Origin: Lama glama
Lineage: Eukaryota
Direction: 5' to 3'
DNA length: 64,000 bases
NCBI GenBank assembly: GCA_028534125.1
Contig: CM052817.1
Coordinates: 92,320,001 to 92,384,000 of the forward strand
Part shown: positions 26,916 through 41,360 of the stretch, one piece after another
Layout: each line of letters opens with the position of its first letter
Position numbering within the stretch: the stretch's first letter is position 1
Made by a program: the position numbers and the translations under genes
The notes under the pieces: generated by a model
The model's database searches: none
The model's input: the letters and a program-made list of their open reading frames with translations, nothing else
What the model was told of the DNA's origin: nothing

Positions 26916-27662
26916 GGGGTGGGTTAAATAATGTAAAGACAGATAACCTACTTAGCAAAACCATAATTAAGAGTTACCCAATCAGCAGGTTAAAAAAAAA
27001 AGGTTCTTAGGAATACAGGTAACAAGGTCTTTATGGAGAAATTACAAAACATATTTGAAGGACAAAGAATACCTCAGTAAATGGAGAGATACAAAGGTAA
27101 TTCTAACCATCTGAACTTAAACTATGGGAACTCAGGAACTGAATACATTTATTTTAAGGAAAATATTCATAATCCTGTAGAATGGAAACCACACAAGTAC
27201 TGAGCTAGTGAAAAATGTATGAGTAAGCAAGCTGGTATGAGTGACTCCTATAGAGTTTAAAAGATGCTGAGAGGATATTGCTATTGTAATCCAACTAATC
27301 AATAACTGAAAAGACTGCAACTGTGTAAGTATGCACATACAGACATGATAAAGATGAAACTAGGAATTAAAGTACTGGTGTTGTAGATTCATGGAATTTT
27401 TCCCCCACAGCACTGAAAGCATACAAAATAAAAATACTATACTGAAGGCAACAAAACTAAAATACTGATTTAAATGAAAATTAAGACAATTAAAAAGCAG
27501 GGAAGTACAAAATTCATTTTAGAGAAGTATTACACCCCAAATAGTCAAAATAAGTAGTTTTGATGTTTGAAAGAATAAGTTCCAAGGTTGTAAATTTTAC
27601 TTATATGTTACATTTCATTACTTAATGCCGAATAATGTTTTGCTACTAAATTTTCTGCTTAC

Positions 27663-27852
27663 CAATCTTCTGGTTTGACAGCAGAAGGATCAGGGATTTT
27701 CACTCTTTCATCCCAGTCATCAGGTTTTTTATCACTGGGATCTTCAATTTCTTTGGGAGGATTGATAGGAGGAACCACATCCTCTAACAGGCTTCCTTTG
27801 TTTACAACTGTCTGATCAATTAATACTTCAAATGTGTCATCTGGGTTTATCA
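27663..27852 (-). CDS. CLGN: CLGN exon 8 ([13 protein letters not shown]...KPEDW)
   Basis: ctttag| ... TG|gtaagc; 190 nt. Confidence 0.96.
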
Positions 27853-29444
27853 CTAAAGACCAATTTAAACATATTACACTTATCATATTGATAGGCATTT
27901 TAAAGATAATCTTCTAAATAATCAAACTACCTTAAACTTCATGGGTAAAATTTTCTTGTAACCAGAATAGAGAAATTATCAATGTATTAAGTCAAAATGT
28001 GCTGAAATCACTAGATATAATGCTTTCTAAAATCAAATGTGAAGTTTTAAGTAATAATAATAATAATAATTTAATAAAATGCTTCATTACTTCTCAAATA
28101 AAAAATACTCAATACCTCAGTTTAGGACTCACATGACCAGTCAGCTTAACTCTTTTGTGGTTACTGAATACAACCCAATCTTTTTCAATATTTTAAAATA
28201 ATTTTTTGGAAACAATCTCAAACTTTCTAAGTTGCAAGTATACTATAAAGAACTATTTTTTCTTGAATTTCTTGACAGTAAATTACTAACCTCATCCATA
28301 TTATCCCTGAATGTTTTAATGTACATATAATTCCTATAAACAAGGACATTCTCCTTTATAACCCCAATCTACACACCAAAATCAGGAATTTAACATATAC
28401 TCATTACTTCTTAATATTCTTACTACTTCCTAGAAATCTATAAAGCTCACTGGCATTTCAAATTCAATGATTCATACACTGTAGTGTCAAATATCTTAAG
28501 GATGATTGAAAATATTCAAGCTCAGACTTTAGTATGTTTGTTTTGAGGTAAATTCTAGCTCTAAAAGTCCCTAAGTCAGAAGTTTTATAAAACACTCCCT
28601 TATCATTGTAATGACAAAATAAAAGTTCTCTCTCCCTTCTGTAAACATGGGGTGGGGAGTCAGTATAATTTCTACCTTTGGAAATAACAATAGATGAAAC
28701 AGCTGCCTATCATGTGTTTTCAGTAAGTTAAGGAAGTAGGAGCTGTCAATAAATGTCAGACTCATCCTGACTTAACTAGGTAAGTGGCTACCACTTTCTG
28801 AAAAAAATAGTTCTAAAGTAATAACAATCTCCAGAGGTTGCAGTCACAATAATTTTAAATACCAAATTATTTATATCAAAATTAAATACTGCCAGTTATA
28901 TACAAAATCAGATAATGTAAATGAACACTTGGTATTTTCTCCCTTTTATTTTTTCTCCACTATTTTCTCTTCTATTACAGCTGACATTATAAAACTATAT
29001 TACTATACAAAGGAAAAAAGCTAAGACTAAAGTAGAACTAACAGTAAGATCTTAAATGCAAAAAAGTACTAGATCCTTCCTAATTAAAAAAAAAAAGGTA
29101 TTTCTCAAGAGAAATCCTGAAAAGAATATTTTCTGAATAAATTTTGCAAATGAAATTTTTTAAAGTTACAATAAAACAAATAAAGCACACAACAATTATG
29201 CACATGTGAAAAGGCATCCTTGTCCAAAATCTTTAGCCAAAAAAAAATTTCCATTTAGAAAACTATCAAATATTTTAAATGAATCTACAATTAAAGGCAT
29301 TGGATTACAAAGTCTTCTAAGATACCCTGTAAGGTTCTTAGAACAACTACAGAATAATATTATAAAAATATAATATCATCGCAGAAAGTTTTTTTAAAAA
29401 GAAAAAAGTCATTCAATAATCCTAATACAATAAAGTTTTTGTGT

Positions 29445-29620
29445 ACAGTAAGAAAGCAAATGTTTAAAAGTCAGACTTGAACTTCAATTCCAGTCCTACC
29501 AATTATGTTTGTTTCTTAGAGCAAGTTACTTAACCTTAAGGCAAAATAGAAATTGCGCACCTCACATAATGGTTCTAAGTAAAGTGCATAGAGCATAGCA
29601 CCTATCAGGTGATTGATAAA
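29445..29620. mobile_element. MIR SINE
   Basis: AGTCAGACTTGAACTTCAATTCCAG...GCAAGTTACTTAACC...GTAAAGTGC. Confidence 0.55.
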
Positions 29621-30845
29621 AATTAGTTTTTTCTAGTCTTTTTCTATTTGCTTGCATAACTTGTCTAGTGGTCATCATTATGTGCCTCCAATTTGAATTT
29701 TATTTTGTTTCCCCATCTTAATATTATAAGCATTTCTTTCCTGTTGCTAAACATTTTCATAGCTATCATTTTGTATTGTATAGAAAACCCCTATTGTAAT
29801 GCTTGGGTTGCTTCCAATGTATAGTATATTTTTATACACAGGTAATTTTCTTTCTTCTGGATTATTTTCTTTGGATAAATTCCTGAAAGTGGAACTGTGG
29901 TATCAAAGGACATAAACCTCTTATAGCTTTTGATATACATTACCAAATTGCTTTTGACCAGGCCTGAACAAAGTCTAACTAAAATTCATTTGTTTTGTTC
30001 TAATTATTATTATCTCTCTATTTCTACAGTTTATAATGTTCCCCAAAATGTCCGGTACTATTTTCCTATTTCAGAAAAAGGTCTTTGATATCAATGATGA
30101 CATTAAAATTGGTGGTCCTTGCCTTGGCAGACAAAATGAATGTTTCTGTGACTGCAGTCTTTGGAAAGAAAATTGAAATATTTTTGTCTTGGATGGATTT
30201 GTCCTGTTAGGTTCTGACATGCTGTGATTTTAAGTAATCATGAGCAGACCAAAGCTCTATAACCATATGTTCTTGGGAAAAGGAGAAACAATCCCATATA
30301 ATGTTTCTCCCCATCAACATCTACGCAAACTCCTAGTTATGTAAGCAAAGCTAAGTATGTTAATAGACGGTTGCTCAATGCTTTCCCTGTCAAAGTTTAG
30401 AAATGTGCCACAACCAAGGCAGGAGCCAAAAATGACCACAACTGCCTGTAAACAAAGTCTAACATTAGGGGCTTCTTTCCTCTTTAACCTTATTCTCCAG
30501 TTTTCTATTCTTTCAGCACCACTAATGTCAGGGAGTCTAAAATATCCCTTTCCCTTCCTGTCTTTCACATTGTATCTACACTTCAAGACTAGGCCAAATA
30601 TAGTCTCCTTCACTAGGTTTTCTCCAAGTTTCCAAACTGGAAGTAATATTGCTTTTGAGCTCTTAGCTATACCTCACCTCACACTGCATTTTACTTTCTA
30701 CCTGAGCTATAAGTATGTGTGTCTCATTTTCCTAAAAAGATAAGCTCCATAACAAAAGGATCCATGTTTGTTTCTCCCAAAGCACTTGCCATGAAAACAC
30801 TGGTAGTCAGCAAATATTCTGAATTAGTTAATTAAAAGGGTATAC

Positions 30846-31038
30846 CAAGGGTATAAAGATGAGTCTTCCTGTCTGTAAAGAACTTCTTAAGGTCTACATT
30901 TGGAGGTTTGGCATGCTTCTCTTCAAAAACTCCAGTTTTGGGATGTTTATGTCTGAAGATAAAATGAAGTTTATAATCTTCTCCACATTTATCTGGTCCA
31001 AACATAATGGTATAGGATGTTTTATCATAGAAGTTTTC
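30846..31038 (-). CDS. CLGN: CLGN exon 7 ([19 protein letters not shown]...THLYTL)
   Basis: ttgaag| ... G|gtatac; 193 nt; IMFGPDKCG calreticulin-family motif. Confidence 0.96.
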
Positions 31039-31544
31039 CTTCAAAGAGAGATGAGTGTTGGGATTAGTCCAGAATTAGAATATTTAGTGAATTTCCCTAT
31101 TCTATCTTATTGGGTAGAGTGTATAAAAATGTATTAAATGCTAATTTACTAAAGAATTAGTTGACACAGTTGACAGTAAAGGATGTGGAAACCTGACAAA
31201 TTTTTCTACTTGTCAAATATGACAAACTATTTCAAAACAGATTTTTTTTAAAACAGACACACTACTCCCATCCTGAAGACGTAGGAGAGAAGCTGGAACC
31301 ACCCTAGCAACATCATAGTAAGCTTTAATTACTTTACTTAGATCTACATTATTAATATTTTATTAAGAAAATTAAGGACAGAGAAAAGCACACTCTGACC
31401 TTAAAACTACAATACTTACTTATCCATTACTATTAATCAGTAAGACACCAGAAAATGGCACTCCTTAGCACAGAGTGAAGAAGAGATTCAGGCTCAAAAA
31501 CAGATACAGAGACATGCTCCCTGTTTTACTACTAATTTCTCTTC

Positions 31545-31780
31545 ATTTGGCATGGCCTATTGGTTAAGAGCAGGGGATCTGAAGTCAGATACTTGGTAGT
31601 CAAATCCTACCATTGCCTTTAAACCAGCTGTATATGGCCCTGAGAAAAATTTCTTAACTTCCCTGTAGCTCTGTTTTATCACCTCTGGTGGAGATAATAA
31701 TAGTATGTACCTTATAAGGTTTCTGTGAGGATTAACTGAGTTAATCAGATAAAGTGCTCAGAAAAAGACTTGGCATTTGA
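31545..31780. mobile_element. MIR SINE
   Basis: TGGTTAAGAGCAGGGGATCTGAAGTCAGA...GTGAGGATTAACTGAGTTAAT...AAAGTGCTCAG. Confidence 0.65.
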
Positions 31781-32490
31781 CCTTACCATTGTCATTGTAG
31801 CTTCAGTGATCATCACCTTACAATACCTAGAGCTTCACCATATACTACAAATGGCCTCCCCTTTACCGGATCCTAATAATAATACATGAATCCTTTAATC
31901 TGCTTCATAGCCACGTGTTCTGACAAATATCTCATTACTGTCTCATTTATCTTACTTTTGTTATATGTGGAAACCCTAACACAGCCTCCTGTAGGAGGAT
32001 GCTATAAGAAATGTCTCCAAACTTCAAATGGTCCTAATACAACCTGCTTCACTATGAAAACATTTTTAACTTAGTTAATTTTTGCAGACTGCCAACTCCT
32101 GAACTTTTTTATTTGGTTCTTTGGTCATTTAGTTTTTACTGTTTTGCTCCATTATCTTACTCCTCTGAACAAACTTATGACATTATTTTGTAAAGAAAAT
32201 AACTGTAAGCTGATCTTTCAGTGACATTTGTAAGCACCATGTTATTTTTTATTTAGACATGGCAAAATTTTTTTTATGTCGGCAAAGATTACAAAACTGA
32301 TGGCTATCAAGTAACAGCTGTGTACGAAACTTGAAAGCACACTGTAAAAGCTATATAAACTCATGTTGAATTAAAATTTTCAAAGTTATTTTTTACTTCA
32401 TTTGAAAATGAAAATTTCAGTTGTGTCAATTACTCCTTAAAAATACTTATTAACTTTAACAATGTTTTCTTAAACATTAAAATATCATAC

Positions 32491-32572
32491 CAGATTCAAA
32501 CCATCAGTGTCTGCTAGGAGTTTAATGTATGCACCTCCACAATCAATACCATCTTGAAAATTTACTTCATAT
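32491..32572 (-). CDS. CLGN: CLGN exon 6 ([19 protein letters not shown]...)
   Basis: atttag| ... CTG|gtatga; 82 nt; CGGAYIKLL motif. Confidence 0.96.
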
Positions 32573-33654
32573 CTAAATGAAGGGAAAAAGAATCATACTG
32601 CTGATAAATAAAAATTACTAATCGCTCTTCAAAATCTAATGTATTACTTTTAATTCATTTAAACATAAACACTTTACATTACCAGAAAGCTCATACAAAG
32701 AATACCCACAACCTATAGGGAATAAGCAGAAATGCCTTTTCTATGCACATCCTTGACATATTAAAAATAGAATGATTATAATCAGCTATAGAAAAGCCAA
32801 CCAATTTGTGGAAATAATTTTTTTTATCAAAACTGCTGAATTAAGAATAGCTACTCTGACTAAACTGTTAACAGGAAGCTTCAAATTGAAATAAGGTATG
32901 CACTATACATATTCTTTATAAACTACAAAACAAAGAGTATGGGGATCATAGCTACAATATAGATTTCTAAGAAATTGCTAATGATCTTAGATATCCAGTT
33001 CACTATTAATTTGTTTTTTAGTTCAGCTATACCTAAACCATGTTAAATAAGTTGTACATTAAATACCACCAGCAAAGAGATTTCATAATCTCAGTCAATA
33101 ATCTGAAACATTTCAGATCTTAAAAGCCAGGAGACAGGTGAAATACAGTGTAACAGTTAAAAGAGTGTACTGACATGGCAGTCTTTTCATGGATTTACAA
33201 CACTAACTTTCAGTAAAAGTTCTGTTATTGTTGTCTTGTTTAGGCAATGAGACAGACTTACTGAACAATATTTACAAGAGATTTTCAGTAAATTGGTGAA
33301 TTAAGTATGACAAAAATCAATGAGGAAATGGCCATCAAAGTGAAAACCAAAAACGTTATGATTTGGTTTAAAAAATCAAAACAAAAAGAGATGAAAACCA
33401 GAGAAGCAACAGGAAATATTGATAATTTTAATAAAGGACTGTAGTTTTAAAGTGTTTCTGAAGAAACTTTCATGACAAAGTTAAAAAAAAAACAGAACTT
33501 TGACAATTTGAGCCCAACTAGTATATGTATTTTGCATAGAAAAGAATAGAGAAAATATAGTAAAATTCTAAGTGAACATCTCCGAGTCGCTGGAGATTAT
33601 GGTGATTTCCCCTTCCTACTTCCTACCCTGCTTTATATCTCAAGGTGTCTACAA

Positions 33655-33885
33655 TAGTGGTTACAAACGTGCTTTGGAGTCAGAAAGACCTGATATTTAT
33701 TTTTGATTCTGCCACTGACTCTGGTGACACCTTGGCTAAAGGCACTTTATTAAAGTTCTAATCTATCTGCTTGTCTATAATGTAGGGAGGACACTGCCCA
33801 CAGCTACACCTCAAAGGACTATCATGATGATTAGAGACTGTCATGCAGAATGATGGGCAAATAAATGCTCAAAAATATTAGCTTC
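33655..33885. mobile_element. MIR SINE
   Basis: GCTTTGGAGTCAGAAAGACCTG...TCTGCCACTGACT...TAAATGCTCAAAAA. Confidence 0.55.
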
Positions 33886-35321
33886 TGTTATAATCAGAAG
33901 AAAAGTTTTCTTTTGTTCTTTTTCATTTTCTAAATAAAAAACTTTATTTTCTTCAAAGCCTTATCAATACCTTTAAGCAGTAGCTGGTAAGAAACTTTTT
34001 TTTCATGAAACACGTCTTTGAAGACTATAAAGTAAAAGCAATGGTGCACAATCTGAATTAAAAGTTAATATTCGCTATCCTAAGTAAAATAAAATAAAAA
34101 GAGATACAACTTTATTATAGGTGATCTAAGACAAAGGGTTCTATGAAAAGGTAAGAACTAGAAAGAACCATTGTGTAAATGGTCTCTTTACGTGTAAACA
34201 TAGCTCTGCTGTCCTATGATGACTAGATTCAATCACTATGTCTATTTCATATACTGCAAACTTCAAGAGTTTTCAAATCATTATCTTGTGCCTAGTATAA
34301 ATAGTCACAGTGGATTCAAGTATCAATGAAATGTATGTCATAGAGCTGGACGGCTGCTAATCTTAAATCACAGGAAAAATAAGGATGAATGCAAGAGTAT
34401 ATGTTAACCCTATTTTCTTTAGACTATCATTTCCTAAATTGTCCCATGAAATAGTAATTATTGTTGTATATATTTGAACTTCTGTGGTCAAATATGTTTG
34501 AGAAACACAATATTCAAGTTAAAAACAGGTTTTTATACATAGAACTCCTCAACGTCTTTAATGGACAAATATGCTTCCTTATCTCTAAGGTTTAGATACT
34601 CTTAATTTCTAAAACTTATATGACCACATAATGCATATTAATATGTACATAATTTGGGAAAAGCAGCTTTAGAGTAAAATTATAGTATTTATAGTAGTTA
34701 ATACAAAATTTCTTCATTTACCCCATTTCATTTTTTAAATTCATTTTATTTATCAATATTAAGAAATACAAATATTCACTATCCTATGAATTGTTTTTCA
34801 AGCATATCAAAGATGGCTATTCAATTCTTCTTGATTCTCCTTTTCTTTTTTCAGGATAATAATTTCATAATTGCTTTAATAATTTTTTAGACTTGTTATC
34901 CAATCTTTGCTTCTAATCTTGCAAGCTATCTTTTGCTTACTTGTCTAGCAGTGATTTCTACTTTCTGAAAATACCAAATTGATTCATTTTACCCTGGATA
35001 AATTAAACTCAATTTATTTTCCTTTACCTTTTCATTCAAGTCACAAAAAATTAAAATAGAAAATATTATATTCACCCAAGTTCAACAAGTAAGATTACTT
35101 TCAAATTTTCAAGAAAAAAGAAACCACACTCTGAATAATGATAAATAATACAGAGCTCAAATATTAATCCCCGTAAGTACTTACAATATTTTTAATTTGT
35201 TTAAATGGGTGTATACTCTGATATTATTTGATATTTTAAATTTATTGAAATAACAAGGCAACTGAGACAAAGAAAGCATTACAACTGAAAAATTAAGCTG
35301 ATTATACCAAATGCCATATTG

Positions 35322-35498
35322 GCTTTTTTTCTTTACATTTTCTAGGTAACTTTATTTATTTGTTTATTTAAGCTTTTTGTGTGTGTGTATGTGGGGTAAT
35401 TAGGTTTATTTATTTATTTTTGTAGGTGGTACTGGGGATTTAACCTGGCACCTTGCATGCTAAGCATGCACTCCACCACTTGAATTATACCCTGCCCT
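35322..35498 (-). mobile_element. tRNA-derived SINE, camelid Vic-1-like
   Basis: Minus strand GGTATAATTCAAGTGGTGGAGTGCATGCTTAGCATGCAAGG...GGTTAAATCCCCAGTACC (tRNA-like A/B boxes) with (AAAT)n tail; TSD CCAAATGCCATAT at 35307 and 35499. Confidence 0.8.
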
Positions 35499-36317
35499 CC
35501 AAATGCCATATCGTTTTAAATTTCTGAAATACAAAATGCCATTTTAGTTAAACCAGGTAGGAACATATTTAACACGTTAACAAAAAACTGAAGGGGTTCT
35601 GAAGTGAGAAGTTTACAGTTAATGGTATTTCTTTACACTGTAATTAACTTTGGACAATCTTCTGATATAAGGTAGAAAGTAACATTTCTACATTTCCTTT
35701 TCTTTGTTTTGAGTTTCACTGGTCTTGTAATTGTGTTCATATAGACCTACTATGGTTTTATATCATTATAAGTGAAATAAGCTTGAGGAATTTATACTTG
35801 ATTTTATGACAGTTACACATGCAAACAACATCACAATAAAACTAGTTTATGTCACATTGCATGGGAGGGGAGAACTGTCCTGTGAGAACGTGTGCCCTTT
35901 AAAAGCGCATTTCCTTTTAAAAATAAATTTGCTCCCTTTGAATCTTATCACTGGTTTAACAGCAATATTTATGGTTCCATTCTGAATATAATGATGTTTA
36001 TATATCTTAACAACAAGTAATTTTAAGAAAAGAGTTAAAATTAAAATGGTGATTTTAGTATGCATTATACAGTTTACTGCAGTGGAATGTTACATATTAT
36101 AGCATATATTATATAATTTTTCAACTAACCTTCTTTTCACTCAAAACCTGAGGCTGTTTGTGTATATACACACATTGTGTATTTAAGTAAATAATACGGA
36201 AAAGTAAATTCTGGAATTTTTGCCCATTTTATACCCATTATACCTATATTTAGAAACCAAATTACATAAAATATAAATGTCATAAAAAATATTAAAAACA
36301 TAATATTAAAAACTTAC

Positions 36318-36459
36318 TGAACTACTAGAGGCTTATCAGCAAAGACAAAGGGTTTTGCTAATACAGCAGATATTGCATGATGCTTTGCTCTAGATTTCAA
36401 CACCAGTCCTCGGTCACCAGGTACTCGGTTTTCTTTCAATTCTTCTATTTCCCATCTTC
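36318..36459 (-). CDS. CLGN: CLGN exon 5 ([31 protein letters not shown]...VVQ)
   Basis: ttttag| ... CA|gtaagt; 142 nt. Confidence 0.96.
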
Positions 36460-37131
36460 CTAAAATATAAAACAAAGCAAATTAAATAAAATAAAAAATA
36501 CTGACTTAAAAGATTTATCAGCAGGGGTGACCAACAAGATTTTTCCATGAAGGCTGATTTGGGAAAAATAAAACCAGATTTTAAATCAGGAAATAACATC
36601 TGCACCTGTATGTATGTCTGCTCTTTTTTTTTTCTCCTATCAGAGAATGGTTTCATTTTCTTAGCTAAAATTGTGGAAACTAATAAATAACAGACACTAC
36701 AGTATTTGATTAAGGCACTTAGCTGGCTTAGTTAAGATTTCTCTAAAAGATTTATAAATCAGTGAAATTACAAAATGTGATTTTTTTCATAGAATCTATC
36801 AACATTGTATTTTTAAATGAGATACTTTAAAATTACATATGAGACAAAGTACATCCTTAATACAAAATGAGCAGTTTGCCTCAGTCTATTTATTTTTAAG
36901 GTATTCATCAGCTACTTTTCTTACTTTGCAAAAGTTATCATAGGGATTTAAATTTTATTTTGAAAACTGTATGCCCAAAGAACACCCTACCCAGGCTAAG
37001 CCAATCAGTTCTCAAAACTTCTGGCCAAGAAAGTAGCACACAGCGCTGGATAAGCACTAGGTTGTAGCACAGCAAAGCTGAGGTAGGCCCTCTCTGGGCT
37101 GGAATTTCCCGTGTTTAAGATCAGGAAGCTC

Positions 37132-37268
37132 TGATGAAAAAGAATGCGACAATGAATATATGCATGTTCATGCATAACTGAAAAATTGTGCTCTACACTG
37201 GAAATTGACACAACATTGTAAACTGACTATAACTCAATAAAATAAAATTAAAAAAAAAAAAACAAAAC
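37132..37268 (+). mobile_element. Young 5'-truncated L1 3' end
   Basis: Perfect 15-bp TSD AAGATCAGGAAGCTC (37117-37131, 37269-37283), poly(A) tail, TT|AAGA target site. Confidence 0.9.
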
Positions 37269-39812
37269 AAGATCAGGAAGCTCCTGAAATTAGATCACAG
37301 GCTGCATACAGTGCAAAGCTAGGTGGAGGTTACCTGCAGCCCAAAAGCTGTAGGTTTGACTCTCCTCCTTTACTCTAAAAGAGTAAGAGTTTTAAACAAA
37401 CAGAAAATAGTTAATTTACTTTAATTTGTATAAAATTTTCTAGTTTTGAAAATTAGAGGTACTGCCTATTCCAAGAAAACTCAATTTTGGGAAAATTAGC
37501 TATTTTCCGGAATTGTGCCAACATGAAATATCAATGGGCACTTTTGTATTACTAATGCATTTTATATATTTTTTTTCTTCCTAAAAAACAACAGTGCAAG
37601 AACCTGAACAGACTTATGAATCAGAGAGGGGTGTTTTTTGGCCTAATTTATTGGTCTTTTAAAAATCACTTTTTAAAGTTTTCAGGTTTCTTTTCCTTTT
37701 TGTTCTCTAACTTGGTTATACCATACTTTTCTTAAAAAGATGAACTCATTTGGTTTTTCTTCTCTCACATGATAGGTTTGACCAAATCAAAAAGGTCTTC
37801 TTTTAAGAAGTAACAACTTTAGGGTTTTCAGAATATTGATAGTAAAGGATTTTTAAAACTATGTTGCCTTTTTTGCAATTGTGCATACATTTATTAGCTA
37901 TGAAAAGGTACTATCTAAAGGCACTACTTTAATTTTAGAAAACCTCTGACAAGGTGATTATACCTCAATGACAAGTTTTCCCAATCTCAATTCAACAATA
38001 ACTATTCATTAACTATTTACTCAAATTCTATACAATGCCAGGTTATGTAAACTCTAATGTAAGTAAAATTTCAAAAAGAATTCACACAATTTTATAAGAT
38101 ATCCGAGAGTTAGTCACTTAAAGAAGTGATTTATTAAACCTCTATATTTTTATTAATAATTTAACCTCAAAATTTTACATGTCTCCTCCAAATGCAAACT
38201 TCTTCCCCAGCACACAATGTTTTACACAGATTTGCTTGTTCCTGAAAATCTAGGAATTAGTTTTACTCAAGTGGCTCTTGACAGAGGCTGTGATTAAAGA
38301 CTACAAATATTAAATATTCATGCAAATAAACTGATACTGGTCTCAAGTAACCGCTATGTAAACAACACTCCTAAAACTGATACACAAAATGCCATTTTCA
38401 GGACCTGAAACTTTGAGGGATTTCATATTTTTCAAAGTTGCTTTTAAGAAATTAAAAACAGTCAACCAACCACACCAAATTTATTATGCTAAAAATTATT
38501 TTTGTGGCTATTTGGGTAGTAAGACTACAGAAAAAACTTAGATGTTACAGAGTTTGTTTTTTGCTTGCTAGTTTGATTTCTAATTTTAAGCTGGGGAAAA
38601 CTCATTTAAACACCAAGACTCATATTTGTCTGGTAGGAAACAGAGACTTAAACTCACGCATAAAATAGACTGTATCTTAATTTTAGGAAAACTCCATCAA
38701 TGGATCCTTCTAACAAACAGAAAGCAAATATCTACCCAATGTTGTTTCAGACAACTGAAAAGTAACATAAATACAGATGTTTTAAGTCTAGCATTCTGTT
38801 TGATGGTGTACATTTCTGTGGGTATCACTTTAGGTAGTGTTGTATCTCTGTACACTTGCTGCTTCTTCAAGGGAAGTTTTTCTTTTCTCTAAATGGATTT
38901 AGACTGAACACGGTATTGCTGTTCTGTGCATATGGTAGAGTTCTGTTTGAGTATACAAGCTTATACAGAGGATTTGTTGGGATGAAGAACACTACAAAGG
39001 AAGACATGCAGGAATGATCTTTATCTCACACTAGAACACTATGAAAAGGAAGTAGACGGCTGGCATCCTACACATGCTGTTATTTTTTTTATTGTCTGCC
39101 TCATGTAATGCCTAGTGGGGTCAAAGTGTGAGGTCATATCCTCATGGGTCTGAGGTCCTCTGAGAGAGAGGAAATTCCCCCTATCTGTCACCTTGACTGA
39201 GGCTGATCTTGCTTTAGGATTTAACAACTGAGAAGGCTGGTTTTAGACTAGGAGGAGGAAGAAATTCTTTGGTCATACTCCAAGAGAGTCCTGTTAGGGA
39301 AGAAAATATGACCCCTGCACACAGGACTTTTCTTTCTATGGTTAATCCTATTAAAGACCCAGTGATAATGGATGCAGGCCAGGAGATGCATGCTCCAGGA
39401 GTAGCCACATTTCTTGCAGCTCTCGTAAATTTCCTGTTTGCATTCTCTAGAAGAATCTTGCCATTAAAGTTTTAACTTGATCTAGGTAGGCCCATGTTTG
39501 ATATGAAACAGTAGAGAATAGCTATGGCCTGGGAAATCCTGCTTCAGGAAATGTAAAAGCCTAACTGCAAAGGAATGAGAATTCAACTGTTCAGAGTTAG
39601 AACACTAGTTGGTGGCTTAAGTATGGATTACCCAGGGACATCTAGAAATATTGGAAAGGAGACAAGAAAAAATATTGAACATTCTATTGTGAAGCAGGAT
39701 GGCAGGACTCAGGCCCCATATATACATATTTAATAAAAATATCATCTATTTTTAAAAAGCTAGTGAACTCCGGGTCATACTGGTTATATTGATATTTATA
39801 TAAATATCTTAC

Positions 39813-39871
39813 CATCATATATAGAAATCTCTGCATCTGTATCATCTTTTTTTGCTTTTGATAAGACCCAC
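39813..39871 (-). CDS. CLGN: CLGN exon 4 ([19 protein letters not shown])
   Basis: taatag| ... G|gtaaga; 59 nt. Confidence 0.95.
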
Positions 39872-40521
39872 CTATTAATAAAATTGAAAAAAAGTATATC
39901 ATTAACATAAAACTAACAATTTACAGATACAAGGCATATAAGAAACACAACAAAATATTATGCAACACTCATTTTTCATTCTAAGATAAATGAATACTTA
40001 GAGGCTAAATAAGGATGTCTATACATAATCCTGCAAGGCTAGAGTTAAATTAAATTTGGAATCTGCAATTTATTAGCTGTATGATCATTGATAAGGTACA
40101 ATAAGCCTCAGTTTCCTCACTGGTAAAAGGCAGATAAAGATAGTACTTACCTACCTACTTAGGACAGTATTTGGCACATAATAATAAATAATAACTTTTG
40201 TTGTTTTTTAACCATTATTTAGGATTGAACATTAACTTGAATTTGTCATTTGAAATTAGATTATTAATATCTGTACTAAGAAATAAGCTTTCACTTTGCA
40301 TTCATAATTCATTTGTTTATTTTCTTTGTATAAATGAGTAACAATTCAAATTAAACATTTCTATCAATAACAAAAATGTGTTAAGGTACTGGTTTATACC
40401 ATCGAATAAAGCAATTTAACATTTTTTTATAGTTCTGCAGTAGAAGCAATTTTCATAGGCTAACAACCAATAATTTCAAAAAAGCTAATCAAGGAAAAAA
40501 TTCTCTTGAATGAATACTCAC

Positions 40522-40595
40522 CCAGCCAACCTTCCACTATCAAAAGTTTCTGTAAAATACACGTTTCCTATAGGTTGAGGTGTCTTATATTTAAT
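40522..40595 (-). CDS. CLGN: CLGN exon 3 (IKYKTPQPIGNVYFTETFDSGRLAG)
   Basis: ttctag| ... GG|gtgagt; 74 nt. Confidence 0.95.
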
Positions 40596-41179
40596 CTAGA
40601 AAACAGATTTTAAAAAGCTAAAGTTATTCATCTTACAAATATTTTAATTAAATAATCTCACTAATTAAGAACTTAGTATGGAATGCACATATAGATAATA
40701 TAGATAGAAGGTGATATGGTCTCTAACCTCAAAATAAAATACAGAATATAAGAGATACATGATGGAAAAAACAGTATATACAGAGAATACACTGTCTCCT
40801 AACACCGGAAGAATGGAAGGAAGTAATCAGTCAAGGCTTCATGATGCAGCTGACATGGCCTTGAAAGGATTCTAACAGGTGACAATATTGGGGGATAAAA
40901 ATCATTAGAAGCAAAAGAAATAGCATGATCCAAAGCATATAAGATGAAAAACTTAGTAAGCAGGTAGATTAGTTTAAAATTAACTCTTAAATTTTGCCTG
41001 TTATATGCCTAGAGAACAATGACACCATTCTGAGAAATTAGGAACCCAGAGCGGGGAAAAAAAGATTCAATAAAGAAAGGATTGAAAAGCAATTACCTAC
41101 AAAGCATTGTTTCAAGTGCCATGTAAGTCTTAACTGCAAAGATGATAATGGTGGTGGAGGCGCTGATATGATGGTTCTT

Positions 41180-41360
41180 TTAATCCTCATAATACTTCTA
41201 TGCAGGAAGTACTATTATTGTTCCCATTTTATATATGATGAAACTGTGAGAGAGCGGCAAGATAATCTGCCCACCGTTGCACAGTTAGACACTTATAGGA
41301 CTTAAAGATAATAGCCTAGGCTGTCTGGTTCTAAAAGTTATATACTTAATCACTGGACTA
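41180..41360. mobile_element. MIR SINE
   Basis: TTAATCCTCATAATAC...CCCATTTTATATATGATGAAACTG core. Confidence 0.6.

Noticed and set aside
30314..30743. Opposing 99-aa and 128-aa intronic ORFs
   Set aside because: No homology; partly over L2-like sequence.
35420..35495. Possible tRNA gene
   Set aside because: Degenerate cloverleaf with an A-rich tail and TSDs; it is a SINE head.
38640..39600. Several short ORFs on both strands in CLGN intron 4
   Set aside because: No recognisable homology or coherent splice structure.
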